Assembly: GCA_964503755.1 (NCBI GenBank)
Contig: CAZDBO010000002.1
Span: forward strand, 128,261-192,260
DNA from: an uncultured Candidatus Saccharibacteria bacterium
GTDB taxonomy: Bacteria; Patescibacteriota; Dojkabacteria; JAOAGR01
Length of the DNA: 64,000 nt
Reading direction: 5' to 3'
In this document: positions 30,395 to 40,265 of the stretch, piece after piece
How positions within the stretch are numbered: the first letter of the stretch is position 1
Layout of the letters: each line of letters opens with the position of its first letter
Notes under the pieces: generated by a model
The model's database searches: none
The model's input: only the letters and a program-made list of their open reading frames with translations
What the model was told of the DNA's origin: nothing
Program-made: the position numbers and the translations under genes

Positions 30395-31174
30395 TTATCT
30401 TATACTTGATAATATTGAAGCAATATCGTCAAACATTTCACTATTTACCGATGTTATCTTGTTCTGCTCGGGTATAGAAACTTCTATATACAATCTATTT
30501 TTTTGATTTAATGATATTACTGTTCCATCATTAACCAAAAGTCTATTTATATATCCTTGCTCATTTTTACACAATGTCAAGTCATAATTCTTTCCGAATA
30601 TTTTGATACCTTTCTGATAATTCGATCTATTACAAAAACCATATCCTGAAGGAACAGGTTTACCATTTTCATCCAATGAAGTTACAAGATTGATCTTGTA
30701 ATTCTCAGTTTTTGAGGTTAATTCGATATAATAGCATGTACTATCCCCACAAGTTTGAATTTCTTTTTTTGTAACATTAAATTTTTTATCTGAATAATTT
30801 AACGACAAAACAGGAGTTTCTAATTTTTTAATATCATTATCCACATTTGATTGTGTAGGAGTTAGTTTGGAAGTTGGAGTAGGTGTATTAGTAACATCAT
30901 TTTCATTTTCCTGATTAGAACTATCTTCTTCATTTTCTAATTCATTATTATCATCGTTCTGATTACCTTTGTTAATATCATCAACACTCGATTCATTAGT
31001 TGATAAAGTTGCACTGATGTTTGACTGAGAAATATCAGCATTATTAATAGAACCGTCATTTGAGCCTCGAGTCATTATTAGATAAACTGCTAAAATTGAA
31101 ATAATAAAAACAAAAATTAACACACTTGTGGTAATTAATACAACACGAATATCTATATTTTTCATATCCACCAA
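30395..31174 (-). CDS. hypothetical secreted protein with N-terminal TM anchor and acidic Asn/Glu-rich low-complexity region
   Basis: 259-aa ORF; TM near the N-terminus (VVLITTSVLIFVFIISILAVYLIM); region DDNNELENEEDSSNQENEND; C-terminal Cys-containing domain. Confidence 0.5.
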   Translation of the reverse strand: MVDMKNIDIRVVLITTSVLIFVFIISILAVYLIMTRGSNDGSINNADISQSNISATLSTNESSVDDINKGNQNDDNNELENEEDSSNQENENDVTNTPTPTSKLTPTQSNVDNDIKKLETPVLSLNYSDKKFNVTKKEIQTCGDSTCYYIELTSKTENYKINLVTSLDENGKPVPSGYGFCNRSNYQKGIKIFGKNYDLTLCKNEQGYINRLLVNDGTVISLNQKNRLYIEVSIPEQNKITSVNSEMFDDIASILSSIR

Positions 31175-31244
31175 ATTCTACAACATTATGAAGTAATTAC
31201 AAATTTTACAAAATAACAAAAATTCTTATATAATCTACCCGATT

Positions 31245-31321
31245 GGCGATATAGCTCAGCAGGTTAGAGCGGAGGTTTCATAAACCTCAGGTCACTGGTT
31301 CAAGTCCAGTTATCGCCACCA
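31245..31321 (+). tRNA. tRNA with CAT anticodon (Met elongator, or Ile2 if lysidinylated), CCA encoded
   Basis: GGCGATATAGCTCAGCAGGTTAGAGCGGAGG TTCATAA CCTC...GGTTCAAGTCCAGTTATCGCCACCA. Confidence 0.8.
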
Positions 31322-31351
31322 AAATTTTTTATATTTTCAAGATATTTAGTA

Positions 31352-31714
31352 TTAAAAAAAATAACCCAAAATAGACAAAAATATATGCAGCCGTTGGTAA
31401 TAATGTTTTATTAAATTCGTTTTAGCAAACAATATTATTAATGTATTAAAGAAAAATGTAATTAAAAACCAAGCTATATAATTTTGTAAAGGAACTTTAC
31501 CTTCGTTCCAAAACCAGAAACCAAGATTTATAGCCACAGGTTCTAATATAATATCAAAAAGAACAGTAAAAATTGACGAAAGAAATATTAATAAAAATTT
31601 TGACCTAAATGAACTAAATTCAATTTTTAAATTTTTTAATAACATATAAGACAAGGATAAGGAACCCCAAGCGACTATGATCCAATTAACTCCTAAAACA
31701 AGAGGAACATTCAA
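31352..31714 (-). CDS. hypothetical polytopic membrane protein, C-terminal fragment of an interrupted ORF (in frame with 31799..32038 across a single TGA)
   Basis: Starts at TTG; the 28 upstream codons to the TGA at 31799-31801 are stop-free. Confidence 0.4.
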   Translation of the reverse strand: MNVPLVLGVNWIIVAWGSLSLSYMLLKNLKIEFSSFRSKFLLIFLSSIFTVLFDIILEPVAINLGFWFWNEGKVPLQNYIAWFLITFFFNTLIILFAKTNLIKHYYQRLHIFLSILGYFF

Positions 31715-31798
31715 AAGTTTTATACCTAATGTATCACCATAGTAATACGTTCCAAAAATTATTTTTGTTTCTACTCCAACAACTTCAATAAAAAAACC

Positions 31799-32038
31799 TC
31801 AAAAACCTATCAGAAATAAAATAAACAAAAACTTCCAATTTTTCTCAAGAAACATTTTAAATATTAATATAATGAAAATTAAAAAGATCACCCATGGAGT
31901 GTAAAGTACATAACTTCTGTCGACAAATTTCATCATTATTGCTCCAGATAATAATATAAATGGTACATATGCTACAGAATCAGATAATAAAATAAGCTTA
32001 ATACATCTGAAGAATATCCAAAATGTTTTTTGCAACAT
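31799..32038 (-). CDS. hypothetical membrane protein, N-terminal fragment of an interrupted ORF
   Basis: 79 aa, two TM helices, ends at TGA in frame with the downstream fragment. Confidence 0.4.
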   Translation of the reverse strand: MLQKTFWIFFRCIKLILLSDSVAYVPFILLSGAIMMKFVDRSYVLYTPWVIFLIFIILIFKMFLEKNWKFLFILFLIGF

Positions 32039-32094
32039 AATAATAAAACCATATTATCACAAATTATTTATTCAACGTATGGTAGAATTGTTAT

Positions 32095-32745
32095 ATGAAA
32101 CAAATGGCCTTTGTATTTGGCCCGAATGGATCAGGTAAAGGCACTCTATGTCAGAATATAGAATCACAAATTAAATTCTTACATGTTAATCTTGGTAATC
32201 TAGTACGCGATTATATATCAAGAAATAATCGAACAGATCTTGCTGAAACGATTAATAAAGGAAATTTCATAAATGATCAGATTGTGAGTGATATAATTTT
32301 TGCTCACGAAGCAATACAAGATATCGAGTTTAGTCCATACAAAGGTATTCTATTTGAAGGATTCCCTCGCCAAGTATCACAAATGGAAATATTAAAAAAA
32401 TTGATAAAATACAAAAAAATTCAACCTTTATTTTATATTGAATTATTAATAGATTTGGAAACTATTATTAACCGAATAAAATATCGTGTAATTGCACCCG
32501 ATGGAAAAACATATAACCTTATGTATAATCCTCCCCCAAAAGATATACCTGAACAACTCTTACAAAAACGCCAAGACGATAATCTCTATGTGGCACAACA
32601 AAGGTATGAAAAATATCAAAACCTAACAAAACCTTGTTTATCTGATACCTTTTTCACGAAACTACCCAAACTTATAATTGATGCTAGACAATCTATTGAG
32701 GATATACAAAGACAAGCTTTAGAATTTATCCAAAAAATAATCTAA
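32095..32745 (+). CDS. adk: adenylate kinase-like nucleoside monophosphate kinase
   Basis: P-loop FVFGPNGSGKGT (Adk G.PG.GKGT), NMP-binding region, ILFEGFPRQVSQ (LLDGFPRT..Q); LID region lacks the Zn-binding Cys. Confidence 0.7.
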   Translation: MKQMAFVFGPNGSGKGTLCQNIESQIKFLHVNLGNLVRDYISRNNRTDLAETINKGNFINDQIVSDIIFAHEAIQDIEFSPYKGILFEGFPRQVSQMEILKKLIKYKKIQPLFYIELLIDLETIINRIKYRVIAPDGKTYNLMYNPPPKDIPEQLLQKRQDDNLYVAQQRYEKYQNLTKPCLSDTFFTKLPKLIIDARQSIEDIQRQALEFIQKII

Positions 32746-32749
32746 AAAA

Positions 32750-33586
32750 ATGAATAAAATCTATTACCCGGCATTAAATACAAAATTGACATTTTTAGGA
32801 GGCCAAACTCTAACTTGGGAAGAAGAATTTTGTTCTGACGATAAAGTATTCTTGGGATTTTATAGCGAATATATTATACAAATTAAATACGATATAAAAA
32901 AAGAGATATTATATTGGCAAACTTATCCTCAAAAAGATAGATATGAAATTATAGAAAAATTATTAAGACTCAAATACTATTTTACTGACCACGCAAATTT
33001 AGAAACAGATCAAAAAATAGTACAAATCAATAACACTATTTCTTTACCAATTGTAGTATTGGAACAAGAATTTTTTTCAACTGCCTTGGCATTTATTATC
33101 TCACAAAATAATAATATAAAAAGAATTAAAAAAATTATAAATAGTCTTAGATTTTCATTTGGTGAAAAGATATTTATAGACAATAAAGAATATTATCTTT
33201 TTCCAAAATATGAAAATTTAAAAAAACTACTACATTCAAATGAAATATACAAATACGGACTAGGGTATCGTAGTAAATATGTACTCGATTTTATCGAAAA
33301 ATATAAAGATATCGATATTAGAAATACTAACGAACTTGAGAAACAATTATTATCAATCAAAGGAATTGGCCCAAAAGTGTGTGATTGTATCTTAGTTTTT
33401 TCTGGAATAAAAAAATATGCTACACCTATCGATGTTTGGACCAAAAGAGGAATAAAACATTTATTTCAATTCGAAACTAATAGCTACAATAAACTAAGGA
33501 ATTTATTAGCTGACAAATTTAAAAATGTTACATACATAGCAGGCCAATATATATTTGAGTATGCAAGATTGGCTAAATTACAATAA
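32750..33586 (+). CDS. HhH-GPD family DNA glycosylase (8-oxoguanine/alkyl-base glycosylase-like)
   Basis: Helix-hairpin-helix LLSIKGIGPKVCDCILVFSG followed by catalytic Asp in ATPIDVWTKR (HhH-GPD signature). Confidence 0.65.
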   Translation: MNKIYYPALNTKLTFLGGQTLTWEEEFCSDDKVFLGFYSEYIIQIKYDIKKEILYWQTYPQKDRYEIIEKLLRLKYYFTDHANLETDQKIVQINNTISLPIVVLEQEFFSTALAFIISQNNNIKRIKKIINSLRFSFGEKIFIDNKEYYLFPKYENLKKLLHSNEIYKYGLGYRSKYVLDFIEKYKDIDIRNTNELEKQLLSIKGIGPKVCDCILVFSGIKKYATPIDVWTKRGIKHLFQFETNSYNKLRNLLADKFKNVTYIAGQYIFEYARLAKLQ

Positions 33587-33612
33587 AGATTTATAATCTA
33601 TTTTAAATAAAT

Positions 33613-34329
33613 ATGACAAACGAAAATAACCCACAAGAAAATAATAACGTTCAAAGTAACAAAAGGTTTAATAAATGGAAATATATTTTTTTCATATTTT
33701 TCTTAATAATACTTGTTTTTGCTGAACTAGGATTGATAGGTTATGGGCTATGGTATGGATATAATCTTAAAAACCAATATTATAGAGAGATACAGTTACT
33801 TAAACAGGAAAACAATATCTTGAAAGAGGAGAGAAATCTTGACGTTGTAGAACTTAGAAAACAAAATGAAGATTTACAGAACCAAATCAAAAAACTAGAA
33901 GAAGATAAATCCGCATTACAAGAGCAATTAGTTTTAGCACAAAATGAAATAGAAAGACTAAAACCTAAAAATATAAGAGATTTTGACTATAAAAAACAAA
34001 TAGCAATAAATGAAAGTAGAGGAGATGTCTGGCTAAAACCTATTTATGAGGATATTACTAATGATAATGTAATTGACGGCATATTTGCTTATCGTGAAGG
34101 CACAGAGACAGCACGACTAAATGTGTATGTCTATAGTTACATTGATAATCAAAACATACCTACACTTATCTTACGAACAGAAGGTTATCCAATGGGAAGA
34201 ATTCAATACAATGTAGAAACAAGGCGATTAGACATCATCTATGAAACTGGCGATGCTACAAATCCTAATGTTATGAAAGAAACTTATGAATACTCGAAAG
34301 AACAGAAACAGATGATCAGAGTAAATTAG
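33613..34329 (+). CDS. hypothetical single-pass membrane protein with coiled-coil
   Basis: N-terminal TM (YIFFIFFLIILVFAELGLIGYGLWYG) followed by a heptad-like segment (LKQENNILKEERNL...LQNQIKKLEEDKSALQEQL). Confidence 0.5.
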   Translation: MTNENNPQENNNVQSNKRFNKWKYIFFIFFLIILVFAELGLIGYGLWYGYNLKNQYYREIQLLKQENNILKEERNLDVVELRKQNEDLQNQIKKLEEDKSALQEQLVLAQNEIERLKPKNIRDFDYKKQIAINESRGDVWLKPIYEDITNDNVIDGIFAYREGTETARLNVYVYSYIDNQNIPTLILRTEGYPMGRIQYNVETRRLDIIYETGDATNPNVMKETYEYSKEQKQMIRVN

Positions 34330-34621
34330 CGAATTCAAATTTTATTGTATAGATGAATAAAATTATTTGTAGCTTAATTATATTCTGTTTTAATGGTCTT
34401 ACTTACATAAATTCAATTTTTCACAAACAAAATTGAAATACAATCAATCCATTTTATCGGGAGCATATAAAAAGAATTTGTTTTATTTTAAATTTCGTCT
34501 CTCATAATTCAATAAAAAATCAAATATTTAAAAAATTAATATATTTCTAAAATAAAATAAATTGAAAAATTTTAAATAAAAATTCTCAGAACATTAAATT
34601 ATTATAATTAAGATTAATTTC

Positions 34622-34792
34622 TTATTTGGACTTAAAAAATTGTCCCCAACCAGAAATTAATTCTTGATTTTGTAAAGACAATATCTCAGCTTTTAATTTA
34701 TTCTTTTCGAGTTGAATCGAATTATATTCTGAATTTAAATAAACAATTGGTATAGCACCTATCAAAAAAGATAAAGAGAGAATAATAGACAT
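34622..34792 (-). CDS. small membrane protein (56 aa: TM + leucine-zipper-like), possible FtsB/DivIC-like septation protein
   Basis: ATG at 34790-34792 lies 1 nt after the TGA stop of 34794..35273; sequence MSIILSLSFLIGAIPIVYLNSEYNSIQLEKNKLKAEILSLQNQELISGWGQFFKSK; absent from the >=60-aa ORF track. Confidence 0.3.
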   Translation of the reverse strand: MSIILSLSFLIGAIPIVYLNSEYNSIQLEKNKLKAEILSLQNQELISGWGQFFKSK

Positions 34793-34793
34793 A

Positions 34794-35273
34794 TCAAAAA
34801 TCTATTTTATTTAAAAACACAACCAAAAAAATGGACGAAACTATCGATATAACAGCGGAAATTATATACAATACTTTTAAATAAATCGAAGATAAAAATA
34901 AAAATAGACTTAGATTAAATATGAAAACAAAACTTATAAAATAATTATCTAAATTTAGTATTACTCCTAATGAAAATATTTTAGATAGCCAATCTACAAC
35001 TAAAAGCTGAATATTGTAGTAGGAAAGAAAAGTAAATAATATGACCAAAGTAAATGAGGCAATTGTCAGATAACGAAAAATAGAATTTAAATCCTGAAAA
35101 AGAATATTATATTTTATCGAAAATAATACAAAATTTATAATTTCAATTAGAATTATCTGTAATATTAATCTTCTTTTAATATATAGAATACCATCCCTCT
35201 CTTTTTCTTCTAATTGTTTATATTTTATTAACAAATCAGCATTTACCACACCATAGCCTGTTTGATCATTCAT
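34794..35273 (-). CDS. hypothetical polytopic membrane protein
   Basis: 159 aa, 4 predicted TM helices. Confidence 0.5.
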   Translation of the reverse strand: MNDQTGYGVVNADLLIKYKQLEEKERDGILYIKRRLILQIILIEIINFVLFSIKYNILFQDLNSIFRYLTIASFTLVILFTFLSYYNIQLLVVDWLSKIFSLGVILNLDNYFISFVFIFNLSLFLFLSSIYLKVLYIISAVISIVSSIFLVVFLNKIDF

Positions 35274-35302
35274 TAATCAAAATTTTATTAAATTTTAATA
35301 AA

Positions 35303-36532
35303 CTATACAAAATTAATTCTATTGATAAATTTCTTACCAACTTTGATAATCAATCCTGATTCAACATTAAAATTAGTATCTTTTATAACATTACCATCTA
35401 TTTCAACTGCAGATTGAGAGATAAGCCTACGTGCCTCACTCCTAGAGCACTTAGCAATGACTGTAACTACATCTACGATATTATCTCCTTTTCTGATAAA
35501 TACCACATCTTCAACGTCTTTATAATCTTTATTCTGCACCAATTTTTCAAAATTCTCTGCAGCTTTACGTGCTAAATCCTCACCATGATAAAACTTTACT
35601 ATCTCATAAGCCATTATTTTCTTAAAAATCATTGGATTCTCTCCCATCCTGATCCTTTCTTCGTACTCTTTAATTTGCCAAAGCTGTATTCGCGTTACAT
35701 ATTCCATATACTGTGTAATCAATTCATCAACTACAGACATGAGTGAAAAGTACATCTCATCAGGAGTAGCCATAACAGCAATGTAGTTTTTAAGACTTTT
35801 ACCCATCTTTCTACCATCACTACCAGTAAGAAGCTTTACTGTGAATGCAATCTGTGGTTTCATACCAAACTCAGACATTAGATGCCTACCTGCAAGAATG
35901 TTGAAAAGTTGATCTGTTCCACCAAATTCAATGTCATTATTTAATGCAATAGAATCAAAACCTTGCATAAGTGGATATAAAAACTCTGAAAGTCTAATTG
36001 GCTTTCCTTGTTCGTATCTAAGCTTAAAATTCTCACGCTCTATCATCTGAGCAACTGTAAATTTCTTTGCCAAATTTATAACATCATTAAAATTCAAAGG
36101 TCTCAACCACTCAGAATTACGTCGAATAGTCGTCATCTCAGGAATAACAGTCCTGAAAAACTGTTCCATATAAGTCTGCAAATCAGACTCAATAGCTTCT
36201 ACTGTTCTATCTTCGCGCATATCGGTTTTATCCGAATGATCACCAACAATAGTAGTAAAATCACCAATAATTAAAGTTAATCGATGCCCCAAGTCCTGGA
36301 AATCTCTAATTTTCCTCTGTACAACAGCATGTCCCAAATGTATTAAAGGCCCAGTTACATCCACACCTAATTTCAAATGTAACTGATGTCCTGATTTTAA
36401 TAAACTTATTAATTCTTCGGTATCATGTATAGCATATACGCCTCGACTAAGTAGATCATCTATCTGTTCATCAGATGGTATTATCACATTATGAGCATTA
36501 GATTCTGAAATATAATTGTTTTGATCTTTCAT
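35303..36532 (-). CDS. tyrS: tyrosyl-tRNA synthetase
   Basis: Class I HIGH-like GPLIHLGHAV and KMGKS; C-terminal S4 RNA-binding domain (EARRLISQSAVEIDGNVIKD). Confidence 0.85.
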   Translation of the reverse strand: MKDQNNYISESNAHNVIIPSDEQIDDLLSRGVYAIHDTEELISLLKSGHQLHLKLGVDVTGPLIHLGHAVVQRKIRDFQDLGHRLTLIIGDFTTIVGDHSDKTDMREDRTVEAIESDLQTYMEQFFRTVIPEMTTIRRNSEWLRPLNFNDVINLAKKFTVAQMIERENFKLRYEQGKPIRLSEFLYPLMQGFDSIALNNDIEFGGTDQLFNILAGRHLMSEFGMKPQIAFTVKLLTGSDGRKMGKSLKNYIAVMATPDEMYFSLMSVVDELITQYMEYVTRIQLWQIKEYEERIRMGENPMIFKKIMAYEIVKFYHGEDLARKAAENFEKLVQNKDYKDVEDVVFIRKGDNIVDVVTVIAKCSRSEARRLISQSAVEIDGNVIKDTNFNVESGLIIKVGKKFINRINFV

Positions 36533-36585
36533 ATAGTTCTAAATTCTACAAAAGCATGGATTCTTTTTCAATTTTGAAATGAAAT

Positions 36586-37368
36586 TTAGACTTGTTTTGC
36601 AACAACTATCAATCTATCAGTCCCAATACCATTGGGCCAACATGACATAAGCGTAAGTTTTTTTTCATCAGTGTAAGAAAATATAGGAGTCAGATCATTA
36701 GCTTTTACTACTTTTGTCTTTTGTACGATATATTTATACTGTATATCGTTATACTTTAAATATATTTCATCATTTACATCAAGCTTGTATAAAAATGTAA
36801 ATGCATTAATAGGTGCCTTTGGATTTGCCATTGCCACAATCTCATTGGTGCTATGTCCGTATATAAAAGTATTTCCAGACTTATCAGGAAGAGAAGTACC
36901 TTGAAAATGTGCTAAATTATTCTCTAAAACCTTCATATAAGAATTAACATCAAAACTGTTTACATTTATTACAACAGGCAGATTTTCAAGACCAAGTTTA
37001 GGAATTGTTAGGTACATTTTACCTTGAATATGTGCATATTCAGGAAACGTCTTAGGATCAAGATTTATCGTCTTAGCAACATTATTTATATTAACAGCCA
37101 AATTCGTGAAATATGCTGATGAAAAATTATTATTTTGATATGCCAAAATTTCTGGAACACTATCTACATCAGCATTTGGCGTTAATAAATAGTTTATTAA
37201 ATCACTATCTCGCCGTGAATTATTAAATATATATGGATATATTCCAACAAATAATGCAGTGAAAATCAATACAATAATTACATTTAGAAAGTAATTATTC
37301 TTCTTTATAGATAAAGGCTTTTTTACATATTTTATAACAGGTGCTTTTCGCATATATACTAATTTCAT
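36586..37368 (-). CDS. srt: sortase family transpeptidase
   Basis: N-terminal TM anchor; catalytic His in FIYGHS, TLxTC-type Cys in LTLMSCWP, downstream Arg (GTDRLIV). Confidence 0.75.
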   Translation of the reverse strand: MKLVYMRKAPVIKYVKKPLSIKKNNYFLNVIIVLIFTALFVGIYPYIFNNSRRDSDLINYLLTPNADVDSVPEILAYQNNNFSSAYFTNLAVNINNVAKTINLDPKTFPEYAHIQGKMYLTIPKLGLENLPVVINVNSFDVNSYMKVLENNLAHFQGTSLPDKSGNTFIYGHSTNEIVAMANPKAPINAFTFLYKLDVNDEIYLKYNDIQYKYIVQKTKVVKANDLTPIFSYTDEKKLTLMSCWPNGIGTDRLIVVAKQV

Positions 37369-37477
37369 AGGGCAGTGTTTTTATTTTAATGTAGTAAAAA
37401 TTGATAGACAGGTCAATTGTTACTGTATTATTTTCTTGACTGAAAACAAAAGAATACATATTATCAATTTCATAAAT

Positions 37478-39673
37478 ATGAAATTAGTAATTGTAGAATC
37501 TCCTTCAAAAAGCAAAACCATTAAAAAATATTTAGGAAAACAATATGAGGTTGTATCATCAGTAGGACACGTCATTGATCTTCCTAAATCTAAAATCGGC
37601 GTAGATTTGGAAACCATGGAACCCCAGTACATAGTTATTAGTAGTAAAGAGGATGTTGTAAAAAATCTTAAAAAATATGCAAGAAAATCAGAAGAAATTA
37701 TACTTGCAACAGATCCGGATCGTGAAGGTGAAGCTATCTCTTGGCATATTCAAAACATTATTGAACCAATAAATCCAAATATTCATCGTATTACTTTTCA
37801 CGAAATCACAAAAAAAGCCATCATAGAGGCGATGAAAAATAAAAAAGATATTGATCTTAATCTTGTAAATGCTCAACAGGCGAGAAGAGTTTTAGATCGT
37901 CTTGTGGGATATACATTGTCTCCATTACTGTGGAAAAAAATTAGATATGGGATATCAGCTGGTAGAGTACAAAGTGTTGCTTTGAGACTTATTGTAGATA
38001 GGGAAGAAGAAAGAGAAAAGTTTGTTCCATTAGAACATTGGTCTATACATGTTAGTGTAGTAGGACATCAGCACGATGGCATTAAAATTGTAATCAAAAA
38101 CAAAAATCAAAAAGTAAATCCCGAAAAGGATAACCAAGACTCAGAAAAAGAAAATAAATATCTAATTTTTGAACTAAAAAAATATCAAAATAAAAAAATA
38201 AATCTAAATACAAAGGAAGATGCGAAAAAAATAGCTGAACTTATCAAGAAATATAACATCCTAAAAGTTAAATCAATAAATACTAAATTAGTCAGACTCT
38301 CACCACCAGCACCATTTACGACATCAACTTTTCAACAAGAATCTATAAACAAATTAAATCTTAGTGCATCACAAGCAATGAAAATTGCTCAAAAACTATA
38401 TGAAAAAGGTCTGATTACATATATGCGTACTGATAGCACATCACTTTCATCAGAAGCAATAACAAATATGAGAAAAATTATAATTCAAAAATATGGTGAA
38501 AACTATCTAAATGAAAAAGTTCGAGTTTACAAAAACAAAGTTAAAAATGCACAAGAAGCACACGAAGCAATAAGACCAACAAATTTTGAAACTACCGAGT
38601 TGTCTGACGAATTCAATACAAAAGAAAAACAGGTTTATCAAATGATTTATAAAAGGGCATTAGCTTCACAAATGTCCGACGCAATTTATGAACAGAAAAC
38701 TATCATATGTTCACAAAACAATGATGAATTAGAATTTGCTTCATCAGAAAAAATTTTAAAATTTGCTGGATGGAAAACTATTTATAATGATAATAATACA
38801 AGTAATATTTCGCAAATATTTGAAAATACTAAAGAAAATGATTTCCTTTTTGTACAAAACATTATATGCGAACAGCATTTTACAGAACCTCCAGCTAGAT
38901 ATACTGAAGCAACACTTATCAAAGACCTAGAAAAATATGGAATAGGAAGACCTAGTACTTATGCCTCTATACTATCGATAATAACTCAAAGAACTTATGT
39001 TACGAAAGAAGGAAAATATCTTATTCCAACTGAGATGGGAAAAATGGTAACCAAATTTTTAAAAGACAACTTTTATGACATTGTAGATATAAATTTCACC
39101 GCAAAAATGGAAGATTCGTTGGATAAAATTTCGATAGGAGAGTTAGAATGGAAACCTTATATAAAATCATTCTTTATTCCATTTAATAATCTTGTAAAAG
39201 AAAAAGAAAATAACATATCAAAAGAAGACTATACCATTTTAGGAGAATCTGAAGAAATCTGCGATATATGTGGCTCAAAAATGTTGAAAAAAATTGGGAA
39301 ATATGGCGTATTTTTATCTTGTTCTAGATTTCCAGAGTGTAAAGGCATAAAATCAATAGAACAACAAATTACAACTAATGAAGATTTTTTTAAGATTTAT
39401 AATCCACCACCAAAAACAGATGACGGTAGGGAATTTATACTAAAAACAGGACGTTTTGGTCCATTCTGGGCACATCCTGATTATCCTAAAATAAAAGAAG
39501 TAAAACCATTAGAATATAGTGTAGAGTATATTATCAATATGTTTGGAGAACCACCAATATCTAAAGATGGAAAAAAGATGAAACTTGTAAAAGGTCGTTA
39601 TGGATATTTTTGGGCGCATCCTGATTATCCTACTATAAAAGAAATTCTAAAAATCAAGAAAAAAACAATGTAG
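37478..39673 (+). CDS. topA: DNA topoisomerase I
   Basis: TOPRIM start MKLVIVESPSKSKTI; active-site region YMRTDS; C-terminal Cys4 zinc ribbon (CDICGSK...CSRFPEC) and two GRFGPFWAHPDYP repeats; the ORF is open from 37436 but the conserved N-terminus starts at 37478. Confidence 0.9.
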   Translation: MKLVIVESPSKSKTIKKYLGKQYEVVSSVGHVIDLPKSKIGVDLETMEPQYIVISSKEDVVKNLKKYARKSEEIILATDPDREGEAISWHIQNIIEPINPNIHRITFHEITKKAIIEAMKNKKDIDLNLVNAQQARRVLDRLVGYTLSPLLWKKIRYGISAGRVQSVALRLIVDREEEREKFVPLEHWSIHVSVVGHQHDGIKIVIKNKNQKVNPEKDNQDSEKENKYLIFELKKYQNKKINLNTKEDAKKIAELIKKYNILKVKSINTKLVRLSPPAPFTTSTFQQESINKLNLSASQAMKIAQKLYEKGLITYMRTDSTSLSSEAITNMRKIIIQKYGENYLNEKVRVYKNKVKNAQEAHEAIRPTNFETTELSDEFNTKEKQVYQMIYKRALASQMSDAIYEQKTIICSQNNDELEFASSEKILKFAGWKTIYNDNNTSNISQIFENTKENDFLFVQNIICEQHFTEPPARYTEATLIKDLEKYGIGRPSTYASILSIITQRTYVTKEGKYLIPTEMGKMVTKFLKDNFYDIVDINFTAKMEDSLDKISIGELEWKPYIKSFFIPFNNLVKEKENNISKEDYTILGESEEICDICGSKMLKKIGKYGVFLSCSRFPECKGIKSIEQQITTNEDFFKIYNPPPKTDDGREFILKTGRFGPFWAHPDYPKIKEVKPLEYSVEYIINMFGEPPISKDGKKMKLVKGRYGYFWAHPDYPTIKEILKIKKKTM

Positions 39674-39709
39674 ATTTATTGATATTATCTGTTATAATAG
39701 CAAGCATAT

Positions 39710-39892
39710 ATGAAAAGAACTTGGCAACCAAAAAAAATTAGAAGATTAAGAAAGCATGGTTTTTTGGCAAGAATGCAAACAGCATCAGGAAGAAAAGTAA
39801 TTAAAAGAAGAAGGGCACGAGGTAGGGAAAATCTTACAGTTTCTGATGAAATGAGAAAAATGATGAAGAAACCTACTCATACGATAAGGTAA
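39710..39892 (+). CDS. rpmH: 50S ribosomal protein L34
   Basis: [39 protein letters not shown] is the canonical L34 sequence pattern. Confidence 0.95.
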   Translation: MKRTWQPKKIRRLRKHGFLARMQTASGRKVIKRRRARGRENLTVSDEMRKMMKKPTHTIR

Positions 39893-39893
39893 T

Positions 39894-40265
39894 GTGCCAA
39901 AAAAATACTCATTAAAAAAAAGAAAAGAGATAGAGAGTTTGTTTAATGATGGTATCTCGTTTTTAAATGTTTTTTTTAAAGTCGTTTATAAGCCAAATAG
40001 TGAGCTAAAAATACTAATATCAATCCCCAAAAGAGTACAAAGTAAATCAGTAAAACGTAATAAAGTCAAAAGAAGAATAAGGCATATTTTGTATCCTAAA
40101 TTAATTAGATCTAAACTGTTAAAACCAGGATACTATGCAATTATTGTAAGACAAGATATTTACAACACAGAATTCTCAAAAGTAAAAGAAAATTTAATTA
40201 ATTTATTGAAGGAAAATAACTTATTAGAATATTTACAAAATGTCAAAGCATCATCAAATGAGTAA
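39894..40265 (+). CDS. rnpA: ribonuclease P protein component
   Basis: Immediately downstream of rpmH (conserved synteny); basic 123-aa protein with RnpA-like LKKRKEIESLF...KRNKVKRRIR. Confidence 0.8.
   Translation: MPKKYSLKKRKEIESLFNDGISFLNVFFKVVYKPNSELKILISIPKRVQSKSVKRNKVKRRIRHILYPKLIRSKLLKPGYYAIIVRQDIYNTEFSKVKENLINLLKENNLLEYLQNVKASSNE

Noticed and set aside
37436-37477. Extended topA N-terminus (MTENKRIHIINFIN) given by the ORF track
   Set aside because: The conserved TOPRIM N-terminus begins at MKLVIVESPSK (37478), and the upstream 14 codons overlap the divergent promoter region. The internal Met is preferred as the start.
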